Positions 1-9,191 of a stretch of DNA of 17,146 nt are shown here, piece after piece. Source of the DNA: Verrucomicrobiota bacterium (GTDB lineage: Bacteria > Verrucomicrobiota > Verrucomicrobiia > Limisphaerales > CANJXF01); the NCBI GenBank assembly GCA_038214755.1, contig JBBQRQ010000108.1:1-17146 (forward strand), in the 5' to 3' direction. The notes under the pieces were generated by a model, which was given only the letters and a program-made list of their open reading frames with translations, had not been told where the DNA came from and ran no database searches. How positions within the stretch are numbered: the stretch's first letter is position 1; every line of letters begins with the position of its first letter. Made by a program: the position numbers and the translations under genes.

Positions 1-87
1 CACCGCACTCCAAGACGCTATCGCGCTGTTTAGGCCTCCTCGAAATTCGCGTGAGCGTCTTGGAGTGCGGTGGCCCTCCACCGCTTT
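1..87. repeat. REP-like palindromic element (GCACTCCA/TGGAGTGC type); may extend left of the window
   Basis: Perfect 19-bp inverted repeat caccgcactccaagacgct (1-19) / agcgtcttggagtgcggtg (54-72), overlapped by a small hairpin gcggtgg-ccct-ccaccgc (67-84) followed by ttt. Confidence 0.8.
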
Positions 88-290
88 CAGGGGGACAACC
101 GACTCCTATTCCACTGAAAATGTCGAAGAACCCAATTTGACGACGTGGTTTGGAAGAAAAAAATTAACACGATCTTTTCTCAGAACTTGCTGATCGCAAC
201 GACTCGAACTTCTTTAACGGCGTGGTCCACCCAATAAGTCACCATAAACGGACGGCGGGATTTTGTTTGGTGGTGAATTTCGTGTTAGAC

Positions 291-324
291 AAAAAAAAGG
301 CGGCCGGGATTTTTCCCGGCCGCC
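291..324 (-). terminator. Intrinsic terminator of the LamG/Ig gene
   Basis: 11-bp GC stem ggcggccggga (299-309) / tcccggccgcc (314-324). The A8 run at 291-298 is a U-tract on the minus strand, just downstream of the stop at 341. Confidence 0.9.
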
Positions 325-340
325 GTGCAAACGAAAATGC

Positions 341-3300
341 TCAGAGCCTGAGCCTGTAGAACTTCTTCGTGGCGGCACTGAGCGCCACCGTGCGGGGAGA
401 GGTTGCGCCGGGCACGTCGGTGTAAGGTCCGGTGACCACGTCTGCTTGCTGCAGCACACCCACCGTCCAACTCAAAATCAAGTTGTTGCCGCTTCTCGTT
501 GCCGAGAGACTGAAGGTAGTAGAACCGGTGAAGCTGAAGCCATTGGTCGCCGCCACGTAGAGAGAGGCCGCTTCAAGCGGTGTAAGCGCCTTCTTCCAGA
601 TGCCCAAGTCATCAATATCACCCGACCCTGATTCCGGGTAGGTTCCGCTGGGGTCTTGCCCGATGTTCATCGAAAGCCCGGTATCAATGCTCGCCCTTGC
701 TGCAGTGACCGAGGTGCCGTTCTGCTTGTTGAACTTAACGGGCACGCCGTCGAGATAGTTTGCATTGCCGGCCTTGCGGTCGAATACATGCACCAAGTGA
801 TGCCAACTACCATCGTTGATCGAACCGACTTCGCCGCGGCCACCCACGCCATTACCGGCAGTGTCATAAACAGAGAAGGCCCAACCCCCCGGATAGGGGG
901 TTGCTCCATATCCATAGGTGTAAGCAAACACGATTCCTGGTGCGGTAAAGGTCGAGCCTACTGCATTGCAGAGGTAGGGGAGATCGCCGAACGTCATGTT
1001 GGCTGGTGTGCGGATCCAAAGAGCAACGGTGAAGTTGACGTTGGAACTGAATTGCAAGTCAGGACGGACACCCAAGGTGACGTAGTCATTGTTCGTCGTT
1101 GCAGCGTCGGTGGAAAAATGAAGTCCCTGACCGAGCTTGCCATCCGCCACATAGGTAGGCGTGGCGGTGTTGCTCGAAGTGCCGCTGATATGGATACCCG
1201 TGCCGTTGTTGGTGCGTCCGGTTACATCCGTTAGATTGTTGTCAAACGGCAGGTGCAGAACCAATCCGGGAATGGCGGGCGGGCTGGATGGCGCGGAAAA
1301 CACGGTGAGAACGGCTACAGCGCTATTGGTCGTGCTGGTTCCATTCACAGGATTGCTCGCCGTGACAGAGTAACTTCCCGCGTCGCTCAGGACCAGCGAA
1401 CTGATCGTTAGCGCACTACTGTTTGCGCCACTGATCGTTCCGCCGTCCGAGAGAGGAACTCCGCCTTTCTTCCATTGATAAGAAATGGGAGGCGTGCCAT
1501 ATGCGTGGACTGATAAGGTTACTGGCAGCCCGACGTAATTAGTTACCGACTGGGGCTGTAGATCAATTACCGGCGCGAAGTTCGTACCGTAGGCAGCCGC
1601 GTAATGCGTCTGAATCGTAGCTTCGCTCAGCGCATAGCTGTAGGCCGCAACTTCGTCAATGGTCCCGGTGAAACCGCCATCGTAATCCGGCGAGTTCCCC
1701 AAATGTTTAGAACCGATGCTGACAGGAACACTGGAAGCCCGCAGTCCTGCAGGACGGGGACTACCCGTGCCCGACACGACTCCGTCAACATAGATCTTCA
1801 TCTCGCCGCTGGTGTCATTGTAAACCCCGACGATATGTTGCCACGTGCCGTTAGGCCCGACGGTGGCCTCGGCCGTATACAACGAGTTCCCACCGCCTCG
1901 GGTGAAGAAGCGGTATTTAAACCCTACTACGTCTATGGAGAACTGCTCGCTGGCAGTAGTGCCGGATTGGCCGTTGCCTTTGGCAATGAGCGTCGATTCA
2001 TCATCCTGTCCTGCCGGTCCATTGGCCCAGAGTTCCAACGTGAAGTTGGTATGTCCCTGGAAGTTGATTCCGGTGCCGCTGATGTTGCCGACGTAACTGC
2101 CAATACCACCGGCGAACCCGACAGCAGTGTCGGGATCAATCGCGGAATAGCCGGGCTGGCCAAGCGCAGTGGCGAAATAGGTGCCATCATTTCCACCGTA
2201 TTTATCCAGAGCCACCGAGCCACTGGTTTCTCCAAGTCTCCAAAAGGCGATGGGCGCGTTGGAAAAGACTGCGCCTGCATAACCGGAAGGAATCGGTACC
2301 GCCGTGAGGGCCACACTAATGCTGTTCGACGAGCCAGCCTCGTTGGTTAGGGTGACACTGTAGTTTTTTGCGGTCGCCGCGCTGACTATGCCCGAATAGG
2401 TGGAGGACGTGGCTCCCGGAATCGGGGCGCCATTCGTATTCCATTGGTAAAAAATAGGCGTAGTGCCCGCCGCTGTTACGGAGAAGGTGAACGGCAAACC
2501 GTTATACCGCGTGATTGGTTTGGGCTGAACCGTAATGAGGGGTTTGGATGCTACTACAACCAAGCTCACTGAACTGGTAGCCGAGCCAAACCCATTGGTG
2601 ACGACCACCGCGACGGTCAGGTTGCCAGCGGCCAAATTGTTCAGGGTGAGGTTGGTGGTGGTGACCCCGGTCGATACGCCATTGGTGGACCAAAGGTATC
2701 CCAGGGTCGGACTGCCCTCAGCACCCACGGAGAAGGTTGCGGACGATCCTTTATACACGCCCGTTGGCACAGTTACCGGCTGCGAGATCACGGGTTTAAC
2801 CTGGGCGGCGTTGTAAAGCGCAGTGATGGTTCCGGCCGAGAGCGCCGTGCTAAAAATGGCGGGTTCGTCGATTAAGCCGCCGAAGAACAAGCCTCCGAGT
2901 GCGAGGGGCAACGCAGGGTCTGGCGCAGGACTGCTTCGTGAACCGATGGACCAGCGGGTAGCCACATCCAACGCCCCGTTGGCACTGGCAAGTGTTCCTA
3001 CCAATCCGCCGTTGCGATAAAGCCTCCAGTTGGCGCCATCATAAGTTCCAACCAGAAATACCCAATTGCCGATGTCTCCAGCCGGCATGGGGAAGAGGAC
3101 GGAGTCATAGTAACCACTGTTGTCCGTCACACCGACTTCGTAATAATTGCTGTCGCCCGCTCCACTGCCGCCCACACCACGTGAGATGCGAAGGAAGGTC
3201 TCGGCATGATTGATATCCCAGCCGTGCGCAATGATCGTGCGGAAGAAATCCTGAACGGCCGGCTTCACCCATGCCATCATGGTGATGTTGCCGGCAAAGT

Positions 3301-4450
3301 GCAGACCGGCGGCGTCCTGAAGGCCAATATAACCGTTCGCGTCATCGAAAAAGATGGCTTTGTTGCTCGCGCCTAGACCGGCGTAGCCCGAGCCACTTTG
3401 TGCCGTGAGCGCGCCCCACATGTTCGTGCCGTCCGCCGCATTGCCCAAAGTGCCGCTGTTCGTTACAATCGGAAAGGTGCTGGGATCCGGCGGGGTAACA
3501 ACCGCTTCGTCCATCCCCCAATAACCGACCGGATTGCCGGCGAGGATTTGAGCATGATAACCCGCGTTGTTGGTCGAGGCGGCGGAATAATGTGCCAGCA
3601 CCGTTGCGGGCGTAAGAACAGTATTGTAAACCGCCACTTCATCCATCCAGCCATCCCAGGTACGGTTTCCGCCGTGGCCTTGGGCAGCGGTTCCATTAGC
3701 AACGGGCGAGGGAGCGTCACTGCCAGTGCCGTTAAGCGGCGTGGCTCCGACGCGCAGTGACGATTGCGTGTTCGGCAACCAGCCGGTTGCCGAGGCGTCA
3801 CTGGGGGTGGTATTGACCAGGACGCCGTTGACGTAAATATAAACAGTCAAGCCATCATAAGTCACCGCGACATGTTGCCAGACTCCTGCTACCGCATTTC
3901 CGCTGGTGGCTGAACAGATCGCGGCATAGCCGCTCGTGAGGCCGAGGCGGAACTGCCACCGACCAGTGTTGTTCACATAAAAAAGCCATCCCGACCGGTT
4001 AGCCCCGCCAAACCAGTTCTGGTTAAATGAAGAGAGGGGGCAGAGTCCAGTAGCGTCACTCACAGGAAGAGAGTTGGGTTTAGCCCAAAATTCAATGCTG
4101 AATACCTTGGGGTTTAATGCAGGGTTAAAGGGAATTTCCACCTTCGATCCGCTGTAGCCAATAACTGGGCCGCCGGCGTTGTTTAATCGAATGGAGCTGC
4201 CCACCACGCCAGCCTGGCCTTTTAAAACATCCAATACCACGTAGCCATCACCGGTGGTTCCGAGACTGCCGGAGTTGGTCACCGAGTCGAGGGGCGGAGC
4301 GACCGCCGTCTCATTGAACCGCCAATAAGCTAATGGACTTTGGGCCAGGACATCGGAGGCATAATCCGCACGGAGCGGCAAGGCAGAGTAAAGGGCCAGC
4401 GCGAGCGCTCCGGCGAGGAACGACCTCGTTTTAAGAGTGTTGAGTTTCAT
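341..4450 (-). CDS. Secreted multidomain LamG (concanavalin-like jellyroll) / Ig-like protein with C-terminal FYRL module, 1369 aa
   Basis: N-terminal signal peptide (MKLNTLKTRSFLAGALALALYSALPLRA). Four LamG-like units (YW/FW-R-F/L-x-E openings, WQHVAVTYDG, WQHIVGVY, WHHLVHVF, IDEVA/IDEPA/IDDLGIW motifs). Three Ig-like units (PLITVQP...YQW...Y-S-V). Ends TGPYTDVPGATSP...KKFYRLRL. Confidence 0.9.
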   Translation of the reverse strand: MKLNTLKTRSFLAGALALALYSALPLRADYASDVLAQSPLAYWRFNETAVAPPLDSVTNSGSLGTTGDGYVVLDVLKGQAGVVGSSIRLNNAGGPVIGYSGSKVEIPFNPALNPKVFSIEFWAKPNSLPVSDATGLCPLSSFNQNWFGGANRSGWLFYVNNTGRWQFRLGLTSGYAAICSATSGNAVAGVWQHVAVTYDGLTVYIYVNGVLVNTTPSDASATGWLPNTQSSLRVGATPLNGTGSDAPSPVANGTAAQGHGGNRTWDGWMDEVAVYNTVLTPATVLAHYSAASTNNAGYHAQILAGNPVGYWGMDEAVVTPPDPSTFPIVTNSGTLGNAADGTNMWGALTAQSGSGYAGLGASNKAIFFDDANGYIGLQDAAGLHFAGNITMMAWVKPAVQDFFRTIIAHGWDINHAETFLRISRGVGGSGAGDSNYYEVGVTDNSGYYDSVLFPMPAGDIGNWVFLVGTYDGANWRLYRNGGLVGTLASANGALDVATRWSIGSRSSPAPDPALPLALGGLFFGGLIDEPAIFSTALSAGTITALYNAAQVKPVISQPVTVPTGVYKGSSATFSVGAEGSPTLGYLWSTNGVSTGVTTTNLTLNNLAAGNLTVAVVVTNGFGSATSSVSLVVVASKPLITVQPKPITRYNGLPFTFSVTAAGTTPIFYQWNTNGAPIPGATSSTYSGIVSAATAKNYSVTLTNEAGSSNSISVALTAVPIPSGYAGAVFSNAPIAFWRLGETSGSVALDKYGGNDGTYFATALGQPGYSAIDPDTAVGFAGGIGSYVGNISGTGINFQGHTNFTLELWANGPAGQDDESTLIAKGNGQSGTTASEQFSIDVVGFKYRFFTRGGGNSLYTAEATVGPNGTWQHIVGVYNDTSGEMKIYVDGVVSGTGSPRPAGLRASSVPVSIGSKHLGNSPDYDGGFTGTIDEVAAYSYALSEATIQTHYAAAYGTNFAPVIDLQPQSVTNYVGLPVTLSVHAYGTPPISYQWKKGGVPLSDGGTISGANSSALTISSLVLSDAGSYSVTASNPVNGTSTTNSAVAVLTVFSAPSSPPAIPGLVLHLPFDNNLTDVTGRTNNGTGIHISGTSSNTATPTYVADGKLGQGLHFSTDAATTNNDYVTLGVRPDLQFSSNVNFTVALWIRTPANMTFGDLPYLCNAVGSTFTAPGIVFAYTYGYGATPYPGGWAFSVYDTAGNGVGGRGEVGSINDGSWHHLVHVFDRKAGNANYLDGVPVKFNKQNGTSVTAARASIDTGLSMNIGQDPSGTYPESGSGDIDDLGIWKKALTPLEAASLYVAATNGFSFTGSTTFSLSATRSGNNLILSWTVGVLQQADVVTGPYTDVPGATSPRTVALSAATKKFYRLRL

Positions 4451-4664
4451 AGGTTCTATTGGTTAGGTTTCTTGGGTTTAAGTTAACGGATCAGACGGGC
4501 CACTCGGCCAGGGAGATTGATTTAAGATTAGCAAGTTGCCTTGCGAACAGGCCGAACACTTGGCTCAGGACGAAACAACGCGTCATTTTTTGAAGAGGCA
4601 AGTTCATAGAATGATAATCAGTTTTAGTGTAGGAGTTAGTTCAGCGGCTGCGATATATACTTAT

Positions 4665-5546
4665 TCAACGAGGACGCGTTGAGTGGTCTTGTAGCCAAGC
4701 CACATCCCGATTGCGGGGACTAGGTATTTCAGTGCTGCCGTCGAAGAGTAAACCTCCCTTTTTCAGCGCCGGATAGGTGCGTGGGTCTTGCCATCTCTTT
4801 ATTTCAGAGTGGCCATCCGCAAAGGAAAACCCACAGGCATTGTGATGATAGGTACCAGGCATGTCTGCCAACATATAGGAACCCGCATTGCCTGCAGGCA
4901 TGGCGGGCGTAGGGTATCCCTTCATGTCCGTATAAAAGTTGCCCCAGTTAATGGCGTCCTCCCGCTCATCCAGAAAAACGAAAATCTTAGTCGGTCCGGG
5001 GATGGCTAGCTCGCTGTACTTTTTGTAGAGGCGCCAGGATTTATCACTGAACACCCCCCCTCCAGTGCCCTTAAAGCCCCCGAGATAAAGGTTCATCACC
5101 ATGGAGCGCACCCTGGGCTTCTGCACCCCGGCCACGGTCACAAAGGAATTGTCGGATGGGCACTTGAAAATACCGAGGGACTTCCCGCAGTAGGGCCACA
5201 TTGGACTTCTGTAGATATCGACGCTCGGATCCCAATTTGAGAGATTGCCCGGGCTGAAATCAAGAGTGCCGCTCATCCAGACGCCCGGCTGGAAACCAGT
5301 TGTATCGCCGCTGGCGTAGAGAAGCATATCCCGGTTATCATCCGTGTAGAGTCGCCACGCGAGGGCCAACTGGCGGTGGCTGTTCATGCACATCACTCCT
5401 TGGGCCTTGAGTTTGGATTTGTTCAGCGCCGGTAGGAGCAGGGCGGCGAGAATCGCAATGATGGCGATCACGACCAGCAATTCGATGAGCGTAAAACCCG
5501 GGCGTTGGTTCGAGCCGTTCCAGTGTTTGTTATTCTGTGTCGTCAT
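4665..5546 (-). CDS. Prepilin-type N-terminal cleavage/methylation protein with H-X9-DG motif (DUF1559-like), 293 aa
   Basis: [25 protein letters not shown] prepilin motif; [15 protein letters not shown]-terminal [13 protein letters not shown] (H-X9-DG). Confidence 0.92.
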   Translation of the reverse strand: MTTQNNKHWNGSNQRPGFTLIELLVVIAIIAILAALLLPALNKSKLKAQGVMCMNSHRQLALAWRLYTDDNRDMLLYASGDTTGFQPGVWMSGTLDFSPGNLSNWDPSVDIYRSPMWPYCGKSLGIFKCPSDNSFVTVAGVQKPRVRSMVMNLYLGGFKGTGGGVFSDKSWRLYKKYSELAIPGPTKIFVFLDEREDAINWGNFYTDMKGYPTPAMPAGNAGSYMLADMPGTYHHNACGFSFADGHSEIKRWQDPRTYPALKKGGLLFDGSTEIPSPRNRDVAWLQDHSTRPR

Positions 5547-5843
5547 AATGGGATGGTGGGTTCGGATTCCTTCGAGGAGGATCGTCTAACTTTATCGAGG
5601 GCGACTCCTGTGGGTGGAACGTTTTGCAGACTCGTTTCCAAAGCGATCAAAGCGGAGGGTCCACAGTACGAGGACCCACGATCAGTTACGGGGCTGCTGC
5701 TTTTCTTTTTCGGATTGGGGCACATGCAGGTTAGGATTCGCTCCGTTATTAGTGGATTCTCCGAGTCCATTAGGCAAGTTTTTTTTCTATTTTTTTTCAG
5801 GGAGGGATTTCCGCCCGCAGTGGAACTACCGACCGCGAGAAAA

Positions 5844-6623
5844 TTATTCCCAACTGAGGATGTTGTCTTTGTTGACTCCGGCATTTGCCTTCGTGCTGGC
5901 GTCGATCTTTCCGTCGGGGCCGAATGACCAAATCATCACTGGCACATCGGCCTGGAAATTATCTCCTGAACTGTTCGTTCGAGAAAGATTCTTCAGTCCT
6001 TTAAGCGGGTTTGTTGAACCAGGGTCCTGCGAGACGCTCGCGTTGCGATAAAAGCCGTCGAGACATTTGTCATCGAAATCGCCGTCGAGAGTGATGATGT
6101 AGGGATTGCCCCAGGGATCGCGATACACGCCATCTGTTCCCACGCCGGCAGTGTTGGTGCCTGCCGAAATTTTTGGGCTGACAAACGAGATTCGCCGTGG
6201 ATTGGCAGCGGAGTTCGTATTCGGATAATTGTTCGCATTGCGCAAAATATTCATGACTTCCGAATTACAATTTTGATAACCACTGTTGCCTGTGCTCAGG
6301 ATCACTGGCGAAGAAATCTGTCCGTCGGGTTGGTCCGTCCCTTTTCGCACGGTGCCGAAAGTGAAGTCCGGACAATTGGCCGTCAAAGACCGCATCGCAT
6401 TTGAGGAAGCGGGCATCCGTTTGTATTCCGATTCGTATTGGTTGATGGCGGCGATGAGCGTGGTCATGTCCATTCGCGCTGCTTTAATTTTGACGGTGGT
6501 CTTGCTCTTGGTGAGGGCCGGGAGAAGCAGCCCGGCCAAAATAGAAATGATGGCGATGACCACCAACATTTCGATCAGAGTGAAAGCGAAGAAACGTCCG
6601 AAGCGTGGCGTGTTTTTTTTCAT
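5844..6623 (-). CDS. Prepilin-type N-terminal domain protein, GspG-like pseudopilin, 259 aa
   Basis: [25 protein letters not shown] motif; YRDPWGNPY and IWSFGPDGK...DNILSW motifs typical of GspG-like C-termini. Confidence 0.85.
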   Translation of the reverse strand: MKKNTPRFGRFFAFTLIEMLVVIAIISILAGLLLPALTKSKTTVKIKAARMDMTTLIAAINQYESEYKRMPASSNAMRSLTANCPDFTFGTVRKGTDQPDGQISSPVILSTGNSGYQNCNSEVMNILRNANNYPNTNSAANPRRISFVSPKISAGTNTAGVGTDGVYRDPWGNPYIITLDGDFDDKCLDGFYRNASVSQDPGSTNPLKGLKNLSRTNSSGDNFQADVPVMIWSFGPDGKIDASTKANAGVNKDNILSWE

Positions 6624-6714
6624 TTTTTAGGAGAGCGGCCGGGCGACGCCGACGTGCTCGATGGAAAAACAGTAAACTCTGTTTAAGTTCAAATCCACGA
6701 AAATTAAAGCGCCC

Positions 6715-6777
6715 GAAGTTGTAGCGGCGGGTCTGTGACCGCCGCTGAAGTTGTAGCGGCGCGTCTGTGACCGCCGC
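6715..6777 (+). repeat. Tandem pair of GTAG-footed REP-like hairpins (32-bp period)
   Basis: gaagttgtagcggcgggtctgtgaccgccgct (6715-6746) and gaagttgtagcggcgcgtctgtgaccgccgc (6747-6777). Each is GTAG plus a gcggcg(g)...ccgccgc stem. Confidence 0.8.
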
Positions 6778-6786
6778 ATTTATTTG

Positions 6787-7043
6787 TTAAGGCGTAACTA
6801 TTCAGTAGAGAAGTTGCTCGCCCTCACCCTAACCCTCTCCCCCGAGGAGAGGGAATAGCTATTGCGTGGCTCGAAAATTTTTTGCTCCATTGCACTAGCC
6901 GGCGTCTGGTTATTCGCAAAAGAACGCGCGTGATGACCCAGCGCATCAATATTGCCAAAACGCGGCGAACGATTCTCCCTCTCCTCGGAGGAGAGGGCCG
7001 GGGTGAGGTCGAGCGTTTCTTTTACTGAAATAGTTGCGGTTAA
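6787..7043. mobile_element. MITE/REPIN-like hairpin element, copy 1 (BoxC-like CCCTCACCC...CCCTCTCC...GGAGAGGG arms)
   Basis: Imperfect terminal inverted repeats ttaaggcgtaactattcagta...ctcgccctcaccc versus gggtgaggtcgagcg...tactgaaatagttgcggttaa. Each arm contains a ccctctcc-N-ggagaggg hairpin. TTAA occurs at both ends (6787-6790, 7040-7043). Confidence 0.75.
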
Positions 7044-7076
7044 GAATTTTTATTACAGTTCCAGTTATAGATTAGT

Positions 7077-7281
7077 TCGCCCTCACCCTAACCCTCTCCC
7101 CCGAGGAGAGGGAATAGCTATTGCGTGGCTCGAAAATTTTTTGCTCCATTGCACTAGCCGGCGTCTGGTTATTCGCAACGCGATAAACCGGCCGCTCCAA
7201 ATTACCAAAACGCGGCGAACGATTCTCCCTCTCCTCGGAGGAGAGGGCCGGGGTGAGGTCGAGCGTTTCCTTTTCACTGAA
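7077..7281. mobile_element. MITE/REPIN-like hairpin element, copy 2
   Basis: 7077-7178 is identical to 6818-6919 and 7205-7269 is identical to 6955-7019. The central segment differs. Confidence 0.75.
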
Positions 7282-7421
7282 TGATGCCCGATGAAGTTTT
7301 CAACGGCGGTCATAGACGCGTCGCGACAAAGTAGGATTTCCCGCGAGGTTCACTTGATCCGCGAAGTTTTTTTAATTCCAAGTGCCCGAGGTTTCATTAA
7401 AGTTCAAAAACTTTTTGAATC

Positions 7422-8933
7422 ATGTTTTTTTCACCATCGGCCAACAACGACCCGGGCGATTTGCCTCCAACCCAATCCGACCCGGCGAAAAATTTTCCTC
7501 ACCACTTTCCCGTTTTTCTCTGGCTCACATTTTTTGCAGTCGTTTTGTTTGCCATTCTTCTCAGCGCCCCGCCTCGGCTCGGGGCCAACAACGAAGATCG
7601 CATGGCCGAATACGTGACCGACGCCGTCACGCGGGGAAATTGGATTTGCCAAAAAGATGCGTCCGGCCAGGTGATGTCGAAGCCTCCAATGGCCTGCTGG
7701 ATTTCTTCGGTGGCAACTCTGGTCGTCGGCGAAATCAATCGCTTCACTTTGTATCTTCCTTCCGCGCTGGCCGCGCTGTTTCTCAGTTGGATAATTTTTT
7801 TCGCTGCTGAAAAATACTTCGGCTGGCGCGCCGGATTTCTAGGGGCCTCCATGTATTTGCTATCGAATGTGGCGGTCAACGAAATGGCCACGTCGCGCTT
7901 CGATGCGCTCTTCGGTTTATTCGTCACTCTCGGAGCGGTTGCGGCGTTTCGCGCCTGGAGGACCGGGCGCGGCTGGACTTGGTTCTGGCTCGCGGCGGCG
8001 GGCGCGACCCTCACCAAAGGTCCGCTTGGTCTCCTTCTTTCCGCCGCTGGATTGTTCGCGATTTTTTTTCAAAATCGCGATTCGAAAATTCCCATTCGCG
8101 GCTCGCATCTCCTCGGAATTATTTTGTTTCTCCTGATCGCCGGCGGTTGGTTTGCGCTGGCCTATTGGAAAATCGGCCACGCGCTCGTCGAGAAAATGAT
8201 TTTTCAGGAACTGGTCGGGCACGCCACCGGCGAGGGCAGAAGTCACGCGGGATTTTACAAACCTGCACTCTGGTTCCTGACCGATTTTGGGCCGTGGAGT
8301 CCGCTCACGCTTTTCTCGTTTTGGCGAATTTGGAAACGTCCCGCGCCGGAACTTGAAACCCGATGTTTCGAGCGATTTCTTTTTTGTTGGTTCATCCTTG
8401 GATTGATTCTTTTTTCATTGGGAGGTCACGATCGGTCGCGGCTTCTCTTTCCGATTGTCCCGGCGGCGGCGTTGCTGGCGGGCAATGAACTGGCGCGGCT
8501 GACCCGCTCGTTTTCTGCGCGCGCTTTGGTGATTGGAGTTGTCTTCTGCGCAACAGCCATGTTGGGACTCGTTGGATTCTATTACCACGTCAAGCGAGCG
8601 AAAACTCCGGCTGTGATTGAGAATATTAAAATGCGCGAACTGGCCGAAACTCTTCGGCAAAATTATGGAAAAACCATTTCGATCCGACATGTCGATAGCC
8701 CGTTTCCACTGCGGTTTTATCTGAAAGATTTCGGCCCGCGCGAGTCGATGGAGAACGCGGTAAAATCGTTGAGCGAAAAACCGGGGACGCTCGTGGCGGT
8801 AAGTGACTTTGAAAAATTTCTAACCACGCTCAGCTCAAACGCTCCGCCTCTCTACGTCGTGGCGCGCTGGCCGGAAACGGGCGAGGCTCGAGTTCAGATC
8901 ATCAGCAATCAGCCGATGAAATCGCAGCGATGA
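7422..8933 (+). CDS. ArnT-like / glycosyltransferase family 39 (GT-C fold) integral membrane protein, 503 aa
   Basis: Many hydrophobic helices; SKPPMACW, LPSALA, RFDALF, LTKGPLG, RLLFPIVPAAALL motifs typical of ArnT/PMT_2 proteins. Confidence 0.85.
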   Translation: MFFSPSANNDPGDLPPTQSDPAKNFPHHFPVFLWLTFFAVVLFAILLSAPPRLGANNEDRMAEYVTDAVTRGNWICQKDASGQVMSKPPMACWISSVATLVVGEINRFTLYLPSALAALFLSWIIFFAAEKYFGWRAGFLGASMYLLSNVAVNEMATSRFDALFGLFVTLGAVAAFRAWRTGRGWTWFWLAAAGATLTKGPLGLLLSAAGLFAIFFQNRDSKIPIRGSHLLGIILFLLIAGGWFALAYWKIGHALVEKMIFQELVGHATGEGRSHAGFYKPALWFLTDFGPWSPLTLFSFWRIWKRPAPELETRCFERFLFCWFILGLILFSLGGHDRSRLLFPIVPAAALLAGNELARLTRSFSARALVIGVVFCATAMLGLVGFYYHVKRAKTPAVIENIKMRELAETLRQNYGKTISIRHVDSPFPLRFYLKDFGPRESMENAVKSLSEKPGTLVAVSDFEKFLTTLSSNAPPLYVVARWPETGEARVQIISNQPMKSQR

Positions 8934-8951
8934 AACTGTTTTTTTAAGCGC

Positions 8952-9122
8952 GAAGTCCGAAGTCCGAAATCCGAAATCCGAAAGAAATCCGAAATCCGAA
9001 TACTGAAAACGACTTGCCGCCAGCGCTCAACAACGTGCTTTGCGACCCGCACAATGCCGCAGCACTTTCGGCCTTCGAGCTTCGGATTTCTTTCGGCTCT
9101 CGGATTTCGGGTTTCGGATTTC
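8952..9122. repeat. Inverted pair of heptamer (GAAATCC-type) arrays forming a long palindrome
   Basis: Left arm 8952-9008 and the reverse complement of right arm 9066-9122 are both 57 bp with the same layout: 4 heptamers, GAAA, 3 heptamers, GAAA. Confidence 0.85.
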
Positions 9123-9191
9123 AGGATAAATTCCTATGGCTCACAAGCAGCGTCGAAGACGTCGGCGTCACACTTTTTCACAAGAGATTTC

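Noticed and set aside
656..3801. Numerous alternative-frame and antisense ORFs within the LamG gene (and similarly within other genes)
   Set aside because: They are shadow ORFs expected in GC-rich coding DNA and carry no motifs.
4451..4664. Riboswitch (e.g. c-di-GMP) upstream of the LamG gene
   Set aside because: No recognisable aptamer consensus or terminator; only weak pairing.
5625..5640. Sigma54 promoter (TGGAAACGAGTCTGCA, minus strand)
   Set aside because: The GG-N10-GC spacing is right, but the CACG and TT consensus positions match poorly, so it is not called as a feature.
6715..7281. CRISPR array
   Set aside because: Each repeat has only two copies. The 32-bp units are directly adjacent with no spacer, the longer units are palindromic MITE-like elements, and there are no cas genes in the window.
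6952..7313. ORFs 6952-7284 (+) and 7083-7313 (-)
   Set aside because: They are translations of the palindromic repeat (PHPNPLPRGEG, PLLGGEGRGE), not credible proteins.
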